DNA of 64,000 nt from Verrucomicrobiia bacterium (GTDB taxonomy: Bacteria > Patescibacteriota > Saccharimonadia > Saccharimonadales > Saccharimonadaceae), in assembly GCA_035629335.1 (NCBI GenBank), contig DASPIB010000001.1, positions 674,473 through 738,472 on the forward strand, read 5' to 3'. Shown here piece by piece: positions 1 through 9,255 of the stretch. How positions within the stretch are numbered: the stretch's first letter is position 1; every line of letters begins with the position of its first letter. The notes below the pieces were generated by a model. The model was given only the letters and a program-made list of their open reading frames with translations. It had not been told where the DNA came from and searched no databases. The translations under genes were made by a program, and so were the position numbers.

Positions 1-112
1 TTGCGGCATAAGGCGCGCAAAGCGTAGTAGTCAACTTCTGTCTGCATTTATTGCTACTCGGCCTGAGCAAGTATTTTACTCTTCTTGCCTTTTACGCTAC
101 TGTTATATATAC

Positions 113-1084
113 ATGACCGACCACACCACGCTACAACCAAAGGCCTCACAACCGGAATTTTTTAATGGCAAGTTAGTACTGCAATCGCTTGAAAGTATCT
201 TCGACGAAATTTACCTCGTGGGCGGTGCAGTGCGGGATATGTTGCTTGGCCGCGACAGCCCCGACCTCGATTTTGCAACGCCAGCACTACCCGGCGATAT
301 TCAAAAAACCTTAGAGAACGAAGGCTTAAAAACTTATCTTGCCGGCAAAAACTATGGCACTATTGGCACAAAGATCGGGCCGTTCTATGTGGAAATTACC
401 TCTTTTAGAGCCGAAAAATACCATGAGGAATCGCGTAATCCTGACGTTAAGTTCGGCGTTAGCTTAAAAACTGACCTCGCTCGGCGAGATTTCACTATGA
501 ACGCTATGGCTTATTCGCACACCCGCCTGGTTGACCCGTTTGATGGCCAAGCCGACATTCAAAACAGGCTCATCCGGGCGGTGGGCGATGCCGAAGAAAA
601 GTTTTACGATGATCCGCTGCGGATTCTGCGACTCTTCCGTTTTGCTTCGCAGCTTGGTTTTGAGCCCGAACAATACACTCTTGAAGCCGCGCGCCACACC
701 GTCCCCGCAATTAAGAAAGTATCAAACGAACGAATCCGCAGCGAGTTTGAAATCTTGCTGCAGGGAACATTTTGGATTAATGCCGTGGAAGATTTAGTGA
801 GTTCAGGCGTACTGCAAGCCACTTTTCCAGAGCAATACAGTTTTGCAGCCCTTGAAACCGAGCAGTTGCAGGAACAACTTGCGCGCTACGCCTTTGAGGA
901 ACTTCGCGAGATGAGTATTATGGATAAATGGGCACTGTTAATTCGGGCGAGCTTCGAGGCCGTGCAGGCAGAGTGGGGCGACGACCCCGATCTACTGACA
1001 TTTGATGGCGTTAGCGATAGGCTAGGCTGGAGCAAGAAGACAATTGCCGCTTTAGGCGAGCGGGTGGCGGTAGCTGAGTTTTAA
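113..1084 (+). CDS. cca: tRNA nucleotidyltransferase (CCA-adding enzyme / poly(A) polymerase family), compact 323-aa form
   Basis: Class II nucleotidyltransferase motifs GGAVRD, DLDF, RRDFTMNAM, DDPLRILRLFRF; single long ORF. Confidence 0.8.
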   Translation: MTDHTTLQPKASQPEFFNGKLVLQSLESIFDEIYLVGGAVRDMLLGRDSPDLDFATPALPGDIQKTLENEGLKTYLAGKNYGTIGTKIGPFYVEITSFRAEKYHEESRNPDVKFGVSLKTDLARRDFTMNAMAYSHTRLVDPFDGQADIQNRLIRAVGDAEEKFYDDPLRILRLFRFASQLGFEPEQYTLEAARHTVPAIKKVSNERIRSEFEILLQGTFWINAVEDLVSSGVLQATFPEQYSFAALETEQLQEQLARYAFEELREMSIMDKWALLIRASFEAVQAEWGDDPDLLTFDGVSDRLGWSKKTIAALGERVAVAEF

Positions 1085-1126
1085 TTCGGACCTAGAGGCA
1101 ATATCTCCTTATATTTTGAACAACAG

Positions 1127-1135
1127 TGCTATAAT
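1127..1135 (+). promoter_or_regulatory. extended -10 box TGcTATAAT, leaderless-type
   Basis: Box ends 7 nt before ATG 1143; no SD fits in between. Confidence 0.5.
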
Positions 1136-1142
1136 CACACAC

Positions 1143-1574
1143 ATGAACACCTACTCAGCTAGCACCAACATTACTATTAACGCTCCACGTAGCGCCGTGT
1201 GGGAAGCACTCACCACGCCGGCACTGGTGAAGCAGTACTTTTTTGGTACCGATCTGGTCACCACCTGGGAAGTAGGTACGCCAATTTACTTCCGTGGTGA
1301 ATGGGAAGGCCAGCAATATGAAGATAAGGGCACGGTACTCGAATTCGCCCCTGAAACTTCGCTGGCATTTAACTACTGGTCGCCAGCAAGCGGCATCGAA
1401 GACAAGCCCGAGCTCTACCAAGTAATCCGCTACGAGTTAACCGACGAAGGTGACGGCACCAAAGTCACCATCACCCAGTCTAATGTTGACGCCCAGGAGC
1501 GCGCTAATCATTCAGTGGAAAATTGGCAGCAAGTTTTGGAGGGTATGAAAAAGCTGGTTGAAGCTCGGCAATAA
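1143..1574 (+). CDS. SRPBCC / AHSA1 (Aha1-domain) family protein
   Basis: APRSAVWEALTTPALVKQYFFG... and ~144-aa size are typical of SRPBCC; ATG 1143 preferred over TTG 1116 because the -10 box lies at 1127-1135. Confidence 0.75.
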   Translation: MNTYSASTNITINAPRSAVWEALTTPALVKQYFFGTDLVTTWEVGTPIYFRGEWEGQQYEDKGTVLEFAPETSLAFNYWSPASGIEDKPELYQVIRYELTDEGDGTKVTITQSNVDAQERANHSVENWQQVLEGMKKLVEARQ

Positions 1575-1671
1575 TCTTGCACGCGCATTAATTAGCGTAA
1601 AATCGCTTGGCAGGTAAGCTCAAACTGTTTATAATAGCCTACCGTTAGCCGCGATTTATTAGGGAGCAGCT

Positions 1672-2241
1672 ATGACGGCCGCGATTGTTGCAGTTGACGG
1701 GGAGATCACTTATGGTACGGCTAAAGATTCGTCAACGGTTAAGTGTGACAAGACAATGGGCGATTGGGTACAAAAAATTTGTGAACGTCTCAAGGACAAT
1801 CCGGCACGTGAAGTGCGGGTATACGCCCCTGGCTACGAGTCGCTGATTCGTCACGAAGCAAACCAGAGCGGCGGCAAATTTCAGGTTTTTAACATGATCG
1901 ACGTCATGACCAGCCAGGTCGCATACCCTCCAAAGAAAGGCGAGTTTGATGGCCTGATCTGGACGGGAAGTAGCAATGGCACCGGTTTTGAGGCCTACGA
2001 ATTGAGGCCAGCGACTATCGGTAAGGGTCCGGTGTACCGAACAATCCAGCCAAGCACTGCGGATAAGCTAGGGAGCGTTATCGAACAGTTGACTACTCGA
2101 GGCTGCAGCAAGCTGGCAATTTTCAGGCCGTCGTGGCTCGGGAGCGATAAGATCACCGAAGCCATCAGCCGCAAGGGTCTCACCATCCCTGTTTTTGCTC
2201 TTGACAGGGTCGAGATTCTGAGGGCACTGCTGGCGCTGTAA
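1672..2241 (+). CDS. hypothetical protein
   Basis: 189-aa ORF with GGGAG SD upstream of ATG; no recognisable motif. Confidence 0.6.
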   Translation: MTAAIVAVDGEITYGTAKDSSTVKCDKTMGDWVQKICERLKDNPAREVRVYAPGYESLIRHEANQSGGKFQVFNMIDVMTSQVAYPPKKGEFDGLIWTGSSNGTGFEAYELRPATIGKGPVYRTIQPSTADKLGSVIEQLTTRGCSKLAIFRPSWLGSDKITEAISRKGLTIPVFALDRVEILRALLAL

Positions 2242-2318
2242 AAGCTTGTTTCGGGGTGCGGTTTTCGCATCCCGAACTTACTATGGCATAATTTACATAT
2301 CTAATAGGAACATCGCCC

Positions 2319-2858
2319 GTGAATTACAACAGCGTTCGTCAACAATATAAGCCCAAACAGATCAAGTTATTATTCATTGCCGAATCGCCGCCGCCAGCAC
2401 CGGAAATCCAGAGTAGTCGCCAACTTTATTACACCGATCGCATTCGTAAAGATGACCGTTTGTTCACTAATACCATCCGCGCGCTCTACCCGGAAGCTGC
2501 CGATACCGCAGAAAGTGAGCTAGAAACCACCAAAGAACAGTGGCTACGCCGCTTACAAGCTGATGGCATTTATATGATTGAAGCGCTGGAAGATTCCCAG
2601 GAACACGAAGTTACCAAGCAGCAGCGCCAAGAACGCATTGCCGCCAGTCTGCCACGGCTACTCGAACGGGTGCGAGCACTGGCAACCCCTGAAACGAAAA
2701 TTATTCTAATAAAATCTAATGTATTTGAAGTAGCAGCCGAGCCACTGCGTAAGGCGGGTTTTACCGTGTTAAATACCGAACTGGTGGATTACCCCGGGCG
2801 GTTCAACCAGCGGGCTTACCGCGAGAAGCTAGCTACATTAACACGTGACGTATTGTAA
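2319..2858 (+). CDS. hypothetical protein
   Basis: 179-aa ORF, GTG start with AGGAA SD; LLFIAESPP and KIILIKSN segments resemble the UDG-superfamily fold only vaguely, so not assigned. Confidence 0.6.
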   Translation: MNYNSVRQQYKPKQIKLLFIAESPPPAPEIQSSRQLYYTDRIRKDDRLFTNTIRALYPEAADTAESELETTKEQWLRRLQADGIYMIEALEDSQEHEVTKQQRQERIAASLPRLLERVRALATPETKIILIKSNVFEVAAEPLRKAGFTVLNTELVDYPGRFNQRAYREKLATLTRDVL

Positions 2859-2860
2859 AA

Positions 2861-2886
2861 TGGCCCTGGCTAAAAAGCCAGGGCCA
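2861..2886. terminator. hairpin between convergent genes
   Basis: tggccctggc-taaaaa-gccagggcca, 10-bp stem; A-run on plus side gives a U-run for the minus transcript. Confidence 0.55.
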
Positions 2887-2902
2887 GCCGCATCGAGGGG
2901 GT

Positions 2903-3355
2903 TTATTCCGTCTTGCCGTTTGTCATCTCAATAAATACTTCGAAGCTCGGCTCGCCGCTGTACGAAGTCTCGAAATTGTCAAAGGTGCTGAATACCCGCG
3001 CTATAACTTCCATAGCATCTTCGCGGCTAAAGTCTTTTTGACCACGCTTCTTTAAATCGAGGATAATCAGCCATTCGGTTTCATCAGGCGAACTCAAAAT
3101 CTGACGGACAATAATATTGTGGAACGCTCGTCGATTTCTGATATCCTTAACAATCTGTACTTCTTGCTTTGAAAGCTGCCCGTTCACTACGTTTACATAC
3201 ACGTGATGACCTGGCTGTGTGGCTTCAAAAACCAGCTTAAGCGCTCGCTGAAGTCGGCTTCTTTGAACGGCTCCTTGCCTAATTCGTGCTGCCAATGGTT
3301 GCCAGGCTACATCTGCCCAGATAATAGCTGTTCGCGTTGTTTTACCCTTGGACAT
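2903..3355 (-). CDS. hypothetical protein
   Basis: 150 aa from ATG 3355 (MSKGKTT...), preceded by GAAGGGA SD; the longer ORF-track start at 3394 lacks an SD. Confidence 0.6.
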   Translation of the reverse strand: MSKGKTTRTAIIWADVAWQPLAARIRQGAVQRSRLQRALKLVFEATQPGHHVYVNVVNGQLSKQEVQIVKDIRNRRAFHNIIVRQILSSPDETEWLIILDLKKRGQKDFSREDAMEVIARVFSTFDNFETSYSGEPSFEVFIEMTNGKTE

Positions 3356-3577
3356 AACACTTCCCTTCAAAAGACGACTTCTTAAAGGTAGCATATTTTA
3401 TATAATTTTACGAGACAATTGTCCACCAACGGCAGGATAGATGGCCCGTACCTATTTCACGACTCTCAAAGCAGTACGACATGCGGCTTCTTAAACCAGA
3501 AAGTCGACGCTAGCATATTGCAAAGAATAAGAAGGCCTTTATTTAAACGACGCACAGTACCTTACGATTGATACACC

Positions 3578-3604
3578 TTGACAAATTAGGGTAAACCATA
3601 TTAT
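3578..3604 (+). promoter_or_regulatory. putative sigma70-type promoter of the helicase operon
   Basis: TTGACA (3578-3583), 15-nt spacer, TATTAT (3599-3604); spacer is shorter than optimal. Confidence 0.4.
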
Positions 3605-3663
3605 GGTACTCAAAGTCGCCATCGGCGATGTTCTTTTGCAACTTACAAGAAAGGCTATAAGCC

Positions 3664-5949
3664 ATGCAGCTTCCGCCGTACGAGTTTTCTGGCGACCCGC
3701 GCTTCGAGCTGAAGCAGGACTTCACGGTTCTTGCCAGTGAGGTAGTGCAGTTTTTGCAGTGGGTAATCGACCGCGACGATCTTGAGATCGCCCGGTATTT
3801 CCCGCTGATGACCCAGGAGCCATTCTTTTTGGTGGCAGCTACTGGGCTCGGCAAAACGGTCGGTGTCCCGGTACACGTGCTGCTGCGCCAGCTGCAAAAG
3901 TTGGCCTGGCAGCCGAATCCGGCGCCACGGGTGTGGATTGTTGAGCCGCGTATTCCAATTGCAATTGGGCTGGCGGCCTTCATGAATAGCCTGTGGGAGC
4001 GCTTTGCCTCAGAAAGTGGGGTAGCGCATCCGCCATTGTTTGGCTGCATCAGCTCGGTGTCGGGTAATAGCAACCCCGATGCGCCGATCACCTTTGTAAC
4101 AACGGGTATTTTTGAGCTGACGGCTAAGGCCGGCGAGCTCACGCCCGAACGCGACCGCGTGGTGATCGATGAAGCGCACGTCACGATTGAGCAAAACCCT
4201 GGCGTCGAGCTAGGTATTGCTTTGGCGCGCAAGGCTGGCGTGACGATTGACTACATGTCGGCCACCGTCGATACCGATAACCTGGAAGAAACGCTAGGGC
4301 TTGAAACCATCATTAAGGCTGACGCCCAGCGGTATCCAATTTGGATGCACAATCTGGGCGCGCCGGCGGTAGAGTGCCTGCCCGAACTGATTCAGCACAC
4401 GCTGATCGCGCCGGATACTTCCAGCAGCTATTTCCCGCAGCCCCACAATTACGCTGCGGCAGGCGAGGTTTGCCAAGCCGTTGCCGAACCCGGACGTGCC
4501 CATGGCATGTTGGTTGTGGTGAACTCCTTTGCCGGAGATTACAGCGACACGGCGCGCCTCAAGGCGATCATCCAAAAGGCGCACCCGGATCTTTCGGTGC
4601 TGCAACTGGCCAGCGAGGTTGTTCGCGACCGGCGGCTACTGGAGGCTTTTGAAACGCAACTCGCGAATATCGAGCGCGATCATCAGCCGTACGTCGTACT
4701 GGCCACCAGTGTGGTCGAGATGGGCATCACCTTCCCAACGCTCGACTTCGTGGTCACCATGGATTCCGGCTACGAGCAGGAGACTGTGGGCGACGTGACG
4801 TTTCCGGTGGTGGCGCCGCTGGGCGTTAATTCGCTACGACAGCGAATTGGCCGGGTTGGGCGTCGGCGTCCGGGTATTGCCTTCATCACCAACGAAGTCG
4901 GCGCCTTTTATGCCGAGCTCGATGATGAAGAGCTCAACGACAAGCAAACGCTGCCGTACGAACCGATTCGGTTCCCGCTGGCCGCTTCACCCCTGATGCC
5001 ACTGGCGTACTACGCCTGTCAGCAGGGCTGGCGCGACATCGATGCCGAAATCCGGGCACTTGCGCTTCCGTCCAGATTGGCGGATAATAGCGAGCGTATG
5101 GCATACTTGCACGAACAGTTTGCGAATCTTGAAGCGCTTGGTCTCACCGAGGACTACGTGCTGACGCCGCTTGGTATCAGCATGGAGAAGTGGGTGGGCC
5201 GAGTCGATTTGGCGTACGCCGTGCAGCTCCAGAAGAGCCTGACCGAAGATGCCAAGGTATCTGATGTCATGTTCTGGGTGGTTGCTACGGCGCTCAGCAA
5301 CTCGCCAGCGGCGGCGTTGCGTACCCCGCACGACTACTTTGTCGATTACGAGGGCAAGCACGAAGCCATCGCCCACATCGATGACGTCTGGTCACACTGG
5401 GCCAACCACGAAGACGTGTCGGTTTTCAAGATGTTCGCCACTGCGGCAAGCTATGAGCCCGACACCCTGTTTAAGGATGGGTGGTTCGAGCCAGATTCGG
5501 ATGACCTCTTCGATTTCAGGGTGTGGTGCAACTCGGTAGGCGTCGATATCAGGAAGCTCCGCAAGGCCGCAAAAGCTGTCGAAGACACTTGGCAGCTGCT
5601 CTGGGAAACCAACGGCGAGTCCAGCCTGCTTCGGAACCTCTTCGAAAGCGAAAAGGCGCCAAAGCTGCTGTATCTGCCCTGGCGGCAACTGCTCAAGGCA
5701 TTCCCCGAAAGCGGTTTGTGGAGCAGTCTTTACACCATGCCCGGCTCGGTGACGGTTCGGCTTGTGTTTGACGAAGACACCGGCTTTTACACCTGGATCG
5801 ACACCGTCAATGGTCGCAGCGGCACTATCTTCCAAGATAATACGCCGGTACCCCTGAATGGCGCGCAGACCTTGATTGCCCGGATTGTCCCTAGCCGTCA
5901 GGCAAAGGGCGATGCCACCATGTGGCGCTTGGCGCATATTGGCCGCTAG
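3664..5949 (+). CDS. DEAH/RHA-type (HrpA/HrpB-like) superfamily 2 helicase with uncharacterised C-terminal half
   Basis: Motif I AATGLGKT, II VVIDEAH, III SAT, V LATSVVEMGITFP, VI QRIGRVGR; residues ~480-761 carry no motif I recognise. Confidence 0.8.
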   Translation: MQLPPYEFSGDPRFELKQDFTVLASEVVQFLQWVIDRDDLEIARYFPLMTQEPFFLVAATGLGKTVGVPVHVLLRQLQKLAWQPNPAPRVWIVEPRIPIAIGLAAFMNSLWERFASESGVAHPPLFGCISSVSGNSNPDAPITFVTTGIFELTAKAGELTPERDRVVIDEAHVTIEQNPGVELGIALARKAGVTIDYMSATVDTDNLEETLGLETIIKADAQRYPIWMHNLGAPAVECLPELIQHTLIAPDTSSSYFPQPHNYAAAGEVCQAVAEPGRAHGMLVVVNSFAGDYSDTARLKAIIQKAHPDLSVLQLASEVVRDRRLLEAFETQLANIERDHQPYVVLATSVVEMGITFPTLDFVVTMDSGYEQETVGDVTFPVVAPLGVNSLRQRIGRVGRRRPGIAFITNEVGAFYAELDDEELNDKQTLPYEPIRFPLAASPLMPLAYYACQQGWRDIDAEIRALALPSRLADNSERMAYLHEQFANLEALGLTEDYVLTPLGISMEKWVGRVDLAYAVQLQKSLTEDAKVSDVMFWVVATALSNSPAAALRTPHDYFVDYEGKHEAIAHIDDVWSHWANHEDVSVFKMFATAASYEPDTLFKDGWFEPDSDDLFDFRVWCNSVGVDIRKLRKAAKAVEDTWQLLWETNGESSLLRNLFESEKAPKLLYLPWRQLLKAFPESGLWSSLYTMPGSVTVRLVFDEDTGFYTWIDTVNGRSGTIFQDNTPVPLNGAQTLIARIVPSRQAKGDATMWRLAHIGR

Positions 5950-6004
5950 CAGCTTTTAGTACTTCACCTTTCTTACTGGTTACCTCGACGAGAAGGGCTT
6001 CACC

Positions 6005-6745
6005 GTGGGAGATCCACAGCTGCACCCATACGAGTGCGAAAACCGTGGCTGTAGCAATGGCTATAAGTCCATTTTTTACAAAGCCATTCCCGAATGGTTC
6101 CTCGGTATGGGGCTCAGTCTTCCTAAAAATTGCCCGGATTGCCGGAGCTGGAAAAACACGCAGGTTGATACCTCGCGCCTCTGCAAAAAATGCAGGCGCA
6201 GGATTTCTTTCAGCCGCGGTGCTAAAATCATGCACCATAAGTTGAAGGGGGCGTTTATTGAGCCTGAGCTTTGTAAGCAGTGTGAAAGTGGCGAGAAAAG
6301 CCGGTCGAAGTATAGTCGGAAGCCAACGCGCAATAAGCTAAAGAAGAAGCAGCAAAACGTCAGCCTTCCACTCATGGACTACAAGAGTCTGAGTTCCTAT
6401 AGAAAAGCTCACTTCGGAAAGCACATTGTCGGGCATCCATCTACTGAGGTTGGCAAACCGATGAGAGGAGGCCGACAGGTGTCTGCAACTTCGCTCGTGG
6501 AAGCACAAGCCGACGCGCGCGACCTGTACGAAGCTATCAGTAGCATCGCTACCGATAGCTCGGAAGAGGTGATGCTCTATAATATTAGCTCCACCGAATA
6601 CGTTAAGGCAGTACCGGTAGGCGACCGGCATGTTGAAGTAACTTTCTTTCGAGGCCAGGGTGACATTTATGAGCCCGTTACAAGTTACGACGATCTGCTC
6701 GTCTCTGAAGTCAATACTAAAGTAACGCGTGGACTTTGGTACTAG
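6005..6745 (+). CDS. zinc-ribbon protein (two tandem Cys4 units, zf-trcl-like) with basic linker and unknown C-terminal domain
   Basis: CENRGC...PKNCPDCR and CKKCRR...PELCKQCE; K/R-rich linker; GTG start with GAAGGG SD; 55 nt after the helicase stop. Confidence 0.6.
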   Translation: MGDPQLHPYECENRGCSNGYKSIFYKAIPEWFLGMGLSLPKNCPDCRSWKNTQVDTSRLCKKCRRRISFSRGAKIMHHKLKGAFIEPELCKQCESGEKSRSKYSRKPTRNKLKKKQQNVSLPLMDYKSLSSYRKAHFGKHIVGHPSTEVGKPMRGGRQVSATSLVEAQADARDLYEAISSIATDSSEEVMLYNISSTEYVKAVPVGDRHVEVTFFRGQGDIYEPVTSYDDLLVSEVNTKVTRGLWY

Positions 6746-6782
6746 GTCATTTAGGCTATAATGGAATCGAAAGGACAAGATA

Positions 6783-7601
6783 ATGCGATCAAAGCTTGAA
6801 TCGCCGACAAGCCGTTGGTATGTAAGCAACCGTCATCTACTTAATACGCCACTTTGGCATGAAGTAGAGAAGCTTGACAACAGTTATGACTGGGTTACGA
6901 AAGCAAACTCGATTCGCGACCATTGGCTTGCGTATCTGGGTGACGGAAGCAAGCCTGTGCCAGACATTGTAGGCTGCATTGCGGCTTACGGCGAAGCCAG
7001 GCTGCATGTTCATGGTTGGAAGGAATTTCCGATTTCGATACCACCAGAGGATGTGGAGTATTGGCGGGAATCAGACTATGGCAGTAACCTGAAAGAGTTC
7101 CATAGCTTCGTCATTTCGGGTGCAGCCGGAGCATTTCTTGAGCCCGCCGCTCGGGACCCTCAACTCACCGCCAGCCTTCTAGACATCCAGCTCAAGAGTA
7201 AAATCGCCGAACTTTTTGATCTTATCGAGCGACCGATAGAATGGTATACCCTAGAGGAATTTACACCAGACGAAGTTATAGAAGGCGAAGATGAATTCGA
7301 CAAAGAACGGATTCGCCGACCCTTCGACCTCGCCGAGGAGTTGCTCTGCTTTACCTATGCTTTTCCGAAGCTGCGAACCTTTGCAGCCACCGGCGACAAT
7401 GCAGAGCTAGGATTACCAAGCCAAGCCCTTTACGACGCCATGGACGGAGTAGATAATAACAGCTTGTACAAAATTATCGACCAAGTTCGACCTCACTTAG
7501 AACGAATTTTAGAATTTCTAGCCCAACAAAATTACTCCGTGGCCATTCCCGCCTCGCCACGTCAATTTTGGTGGCGGCACTGGAAACCTGGTCGTCTATA
7601 A
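6783..7601 (+). CDS. hypothetical acidic protein
   Basis: 272-aa ORF, AAAGGA SD, 37 nt after the preceding gene; probably the third gene of the helicase operon. Confidence 0.6.
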   Translation: MRSKLESPTSRWYVSNRHLLNTPLWHEVEKLDNSYDWVTKANSIRDHWLAYLGDGSKPVPDIVGCIAAYGEARLHVHGWKEFPISIPPEDVEYWRESDYGSNLKEFHSFVISGAAGAFLEPAARDPQLTASLLDIQLKSKIAELFDLIERPIEWYTLEEFTPDEVIEGEDEFDKERIRRPFDLAEELLCFTYAFPKLRTFAATGDNAELGLPSQALYDAMDGVDNNSLYKIIDQVRPHLERILEFLAQQNYSVAIPASPRQFWWRHWKPGRL

Positions 7602-7635
7602 GCACCAGCTCCCGCAAAATAACTCACGATTACAC

Positions 7636-8298
7636 TTAAAGATACTTTTCATCCGCGTGAGCAGAAACCTGAGGTAACCATCGCGCATAACGACCTTTTA
7701 CGTCATAGGCAGGCTGGCGGGTAGCCGGCGTATCGAGCGGTAGTTGCGCTGCTTGTTCAAGCTGGTCAAACACACCGGCAGCTTCTTCTCCTTCTACCAG
7801 CTGTAGTATCGGCCGGCTGCCATTTGGTTCATCTACCCGAAAGGGGATGATGCGCTTCGTACGCTCATGGCTATAAACATAGTAGCCGCCCAATACCTCT
7901 TGCTGAACGGCTTTCTCTTCAGATACGGCAATCAGCCGAAGCAATTCGCCGGGCATCGCCGCTCCTGACGACACCCGCCCCCAAGTGAGTAGCCATGCAT
8001 CGGTGCCATCTTTGGTTTCGTACCGATGGTAAAAATCCGTTCGGGCCATTAGGCTAGAGGTATTGCTATAATTAGGGGCGATGGTTAGCTTTTTAAGCAG
8101 CGGATTCTGCGCCTGGCGTAACAGATTCGTAAGGATATCTACTCTTCGTTGGGCTAAGCTCATAGGGTGTTTATTAGTGAGCGCTAGAATTTTTTGAGCG
8201 TGAGCCCAATTACGGTTCTTTTCTTTTGACTGCTCAAGAGAAGGGGCGGAATCAGATTTGCGATAGTGGGGGAATGATAAATTTTCTGGCGAAGGCAT
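7636..8298 (-). CDS. hypothetical protein
   Basis: 220-aa ORF convergent with the helicase operon; no motif. Confidence 0.6.
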   Translation of the reverse strand: MPSPENLSFPHYRKSDSAPSLEQSKEKNRNWAHAQKILALTNKHPMSLAQRRVDILTNLLRQAQNPLLKKLTIAPNYSNTSSLMARTDFYHRYETKDGTDAWLLTWGRVSSGAAMPGELLRLIAVSEEKAVQQEVLGGYYVYSHERTKRIIPFRVDEPNGSRPILQLVEGEEAAGVFDQLEQAAQLPLDTPATRQPAYDVKGRYARWLPQVSAHADEKYL

Positions 8299-8380
8299 AA
8301 GAGTATCCGTAATTACTTGGTTTTAGTAGTATAAAACAACTGCTTCACTTTTATGAAGTAAATTTTTCTAAATTAAAAAG

Positions 8381-8424
8381 CGGTTGCTTGAGTACTCCTA
8401 AAAAATAGAGCACTCAAGCAACCG
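8381..8424 (-). terminator. rho-independent terminator (minus strand)
   Basis: 13-bp stem cggttgcttgagt/actcaagcaaccg; followed on the minus strand by CTTTTTAATTT. Confidence 0.55.
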
Positions 8425-8481
8425 TCGGCGAAGCTCCTATCAGCCTTCGTTACAGCCCACGACGCCGCTTTTGCGGCTCAA

Positions 8482-8703
8482 TTACAGGCTGCTGCCGCTT
8501 GCGACCACCTCCAGAACCCTTGTGAACTCGCTTGACGCCCTTCTGCTTTTTAGTGCACCAGACGCCAAACGCACGATCCTTGCGTGGAATGTTTTCCTCA
8601 CCCCCTCTCGCTGCTTGTAAAAGTCGTGCTTACCTACTATATCATAGTATGCATTAAGTGTATGCCCATGGTCGTCCAGATATATGCTATAGTATTTATG
8701 CAA
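8482..8703 (-). CDS. hypothetical small protein (uncertain)
   Basis: 73-aa ORF with TTG start and no SD; supported only by the minus-strand terminator at 8381-8424. Confidence 0.25.
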   Translation of the reverse strand: MHKYYSIYLDDHGHTLNAYYDIVGKHDFYKQREGVRKTFHARIVRLASGALKSRRASSEFTRVLEVVASGSSL

Positions 8704-8715
8704 TAGTAACCGATC

Positions 8716-9114
8716 TTGGGAGTACTCGTGCCCGCGAAAGACATTGCCGCTATTCTTTCAGCTATGTACCCAGATCTTCAGCCGGAAGCGGCGACTGATA
8801 TAACCAAGCAGTATCTCGATGCAATTGCCAAATGCCTCCAGGATGGTCTTAAGCCAAACAAGGTAACAGTTATAGGAGTACGTCCTAATCTCGAGTGGTT
8901 GGCCAGTGCCCTTACTGCTGCGCGTAAACAGAAGGGCATGAGCCAGAATGTAGCAGCAGAAAAACTGGAATGGTCGGTGTCGAAAGTGATCCGAATCGAA
9001 GGAGCGCAGACTCAACCTAGTCTCGTTGATGTCAATTCGCTGTGCCAATTGTACGGCATTACCGATGCAAAAACCGTTGAAAAGATGCGGAATATTGTGC
9101 GTCGCAACCGTTAA
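8716..9114 (+). CDS. XRE-family helix-turn-helix protein with HTH in the C-terminal half
   Basis: MSQNVAAEKLEWSVSKVIRIEGAQTQPSLVDVNSLCQLYG matches the HTH_XRE pattern; TGcTATAGT box at 8685-8693; start TTG 8716 or GTG 8728. Confidence 0.7.
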   Translation: MGVLVPAKDIAAILSAMYPDLQPEAATDITKQYLDAIAKCLQDGLKPNKVTVIGVRPNLEWLASALTAARKQKGMSQNVAAEKLEWSVSKVIRIEGAQTQPSLVDVNSLCQLYGITDAKTVEKMRNIVRRNR

Positions 9115-9124
9115 CTAGTGCCGA

Positions 9125-9156
9125 TGCGCAGGACGGAGAAGTATCCGTCCTGCGCA
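9125..9156. terminator. hairpin between convergent genes
   Basis: 13-bp perfect stem tgcgcaggacgga/tccgtcctgcgca; no U-run. Confidence 0.45.
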
Positions 9157-9255
9157 CACCTTACCACCAAGTTTTAATTATAGAGAAACAGAGCTTTATC
9201 GAGCTCGAATAAACAGTCAAGGCTATAGCACTCATCCGTCAATAACGAAGCGCTA

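Noticed and set aside
3543-5937. Minus-strand ORFs of 229 aa (3543-4232) and 181 aa (5392-5937), plus several ~100-aa ORFs
   Set aside because: They are antisense or off-frame shadows inside the DEAH helicase gene. The helicase motifs appear in order only in the plus frame 3664-5949.
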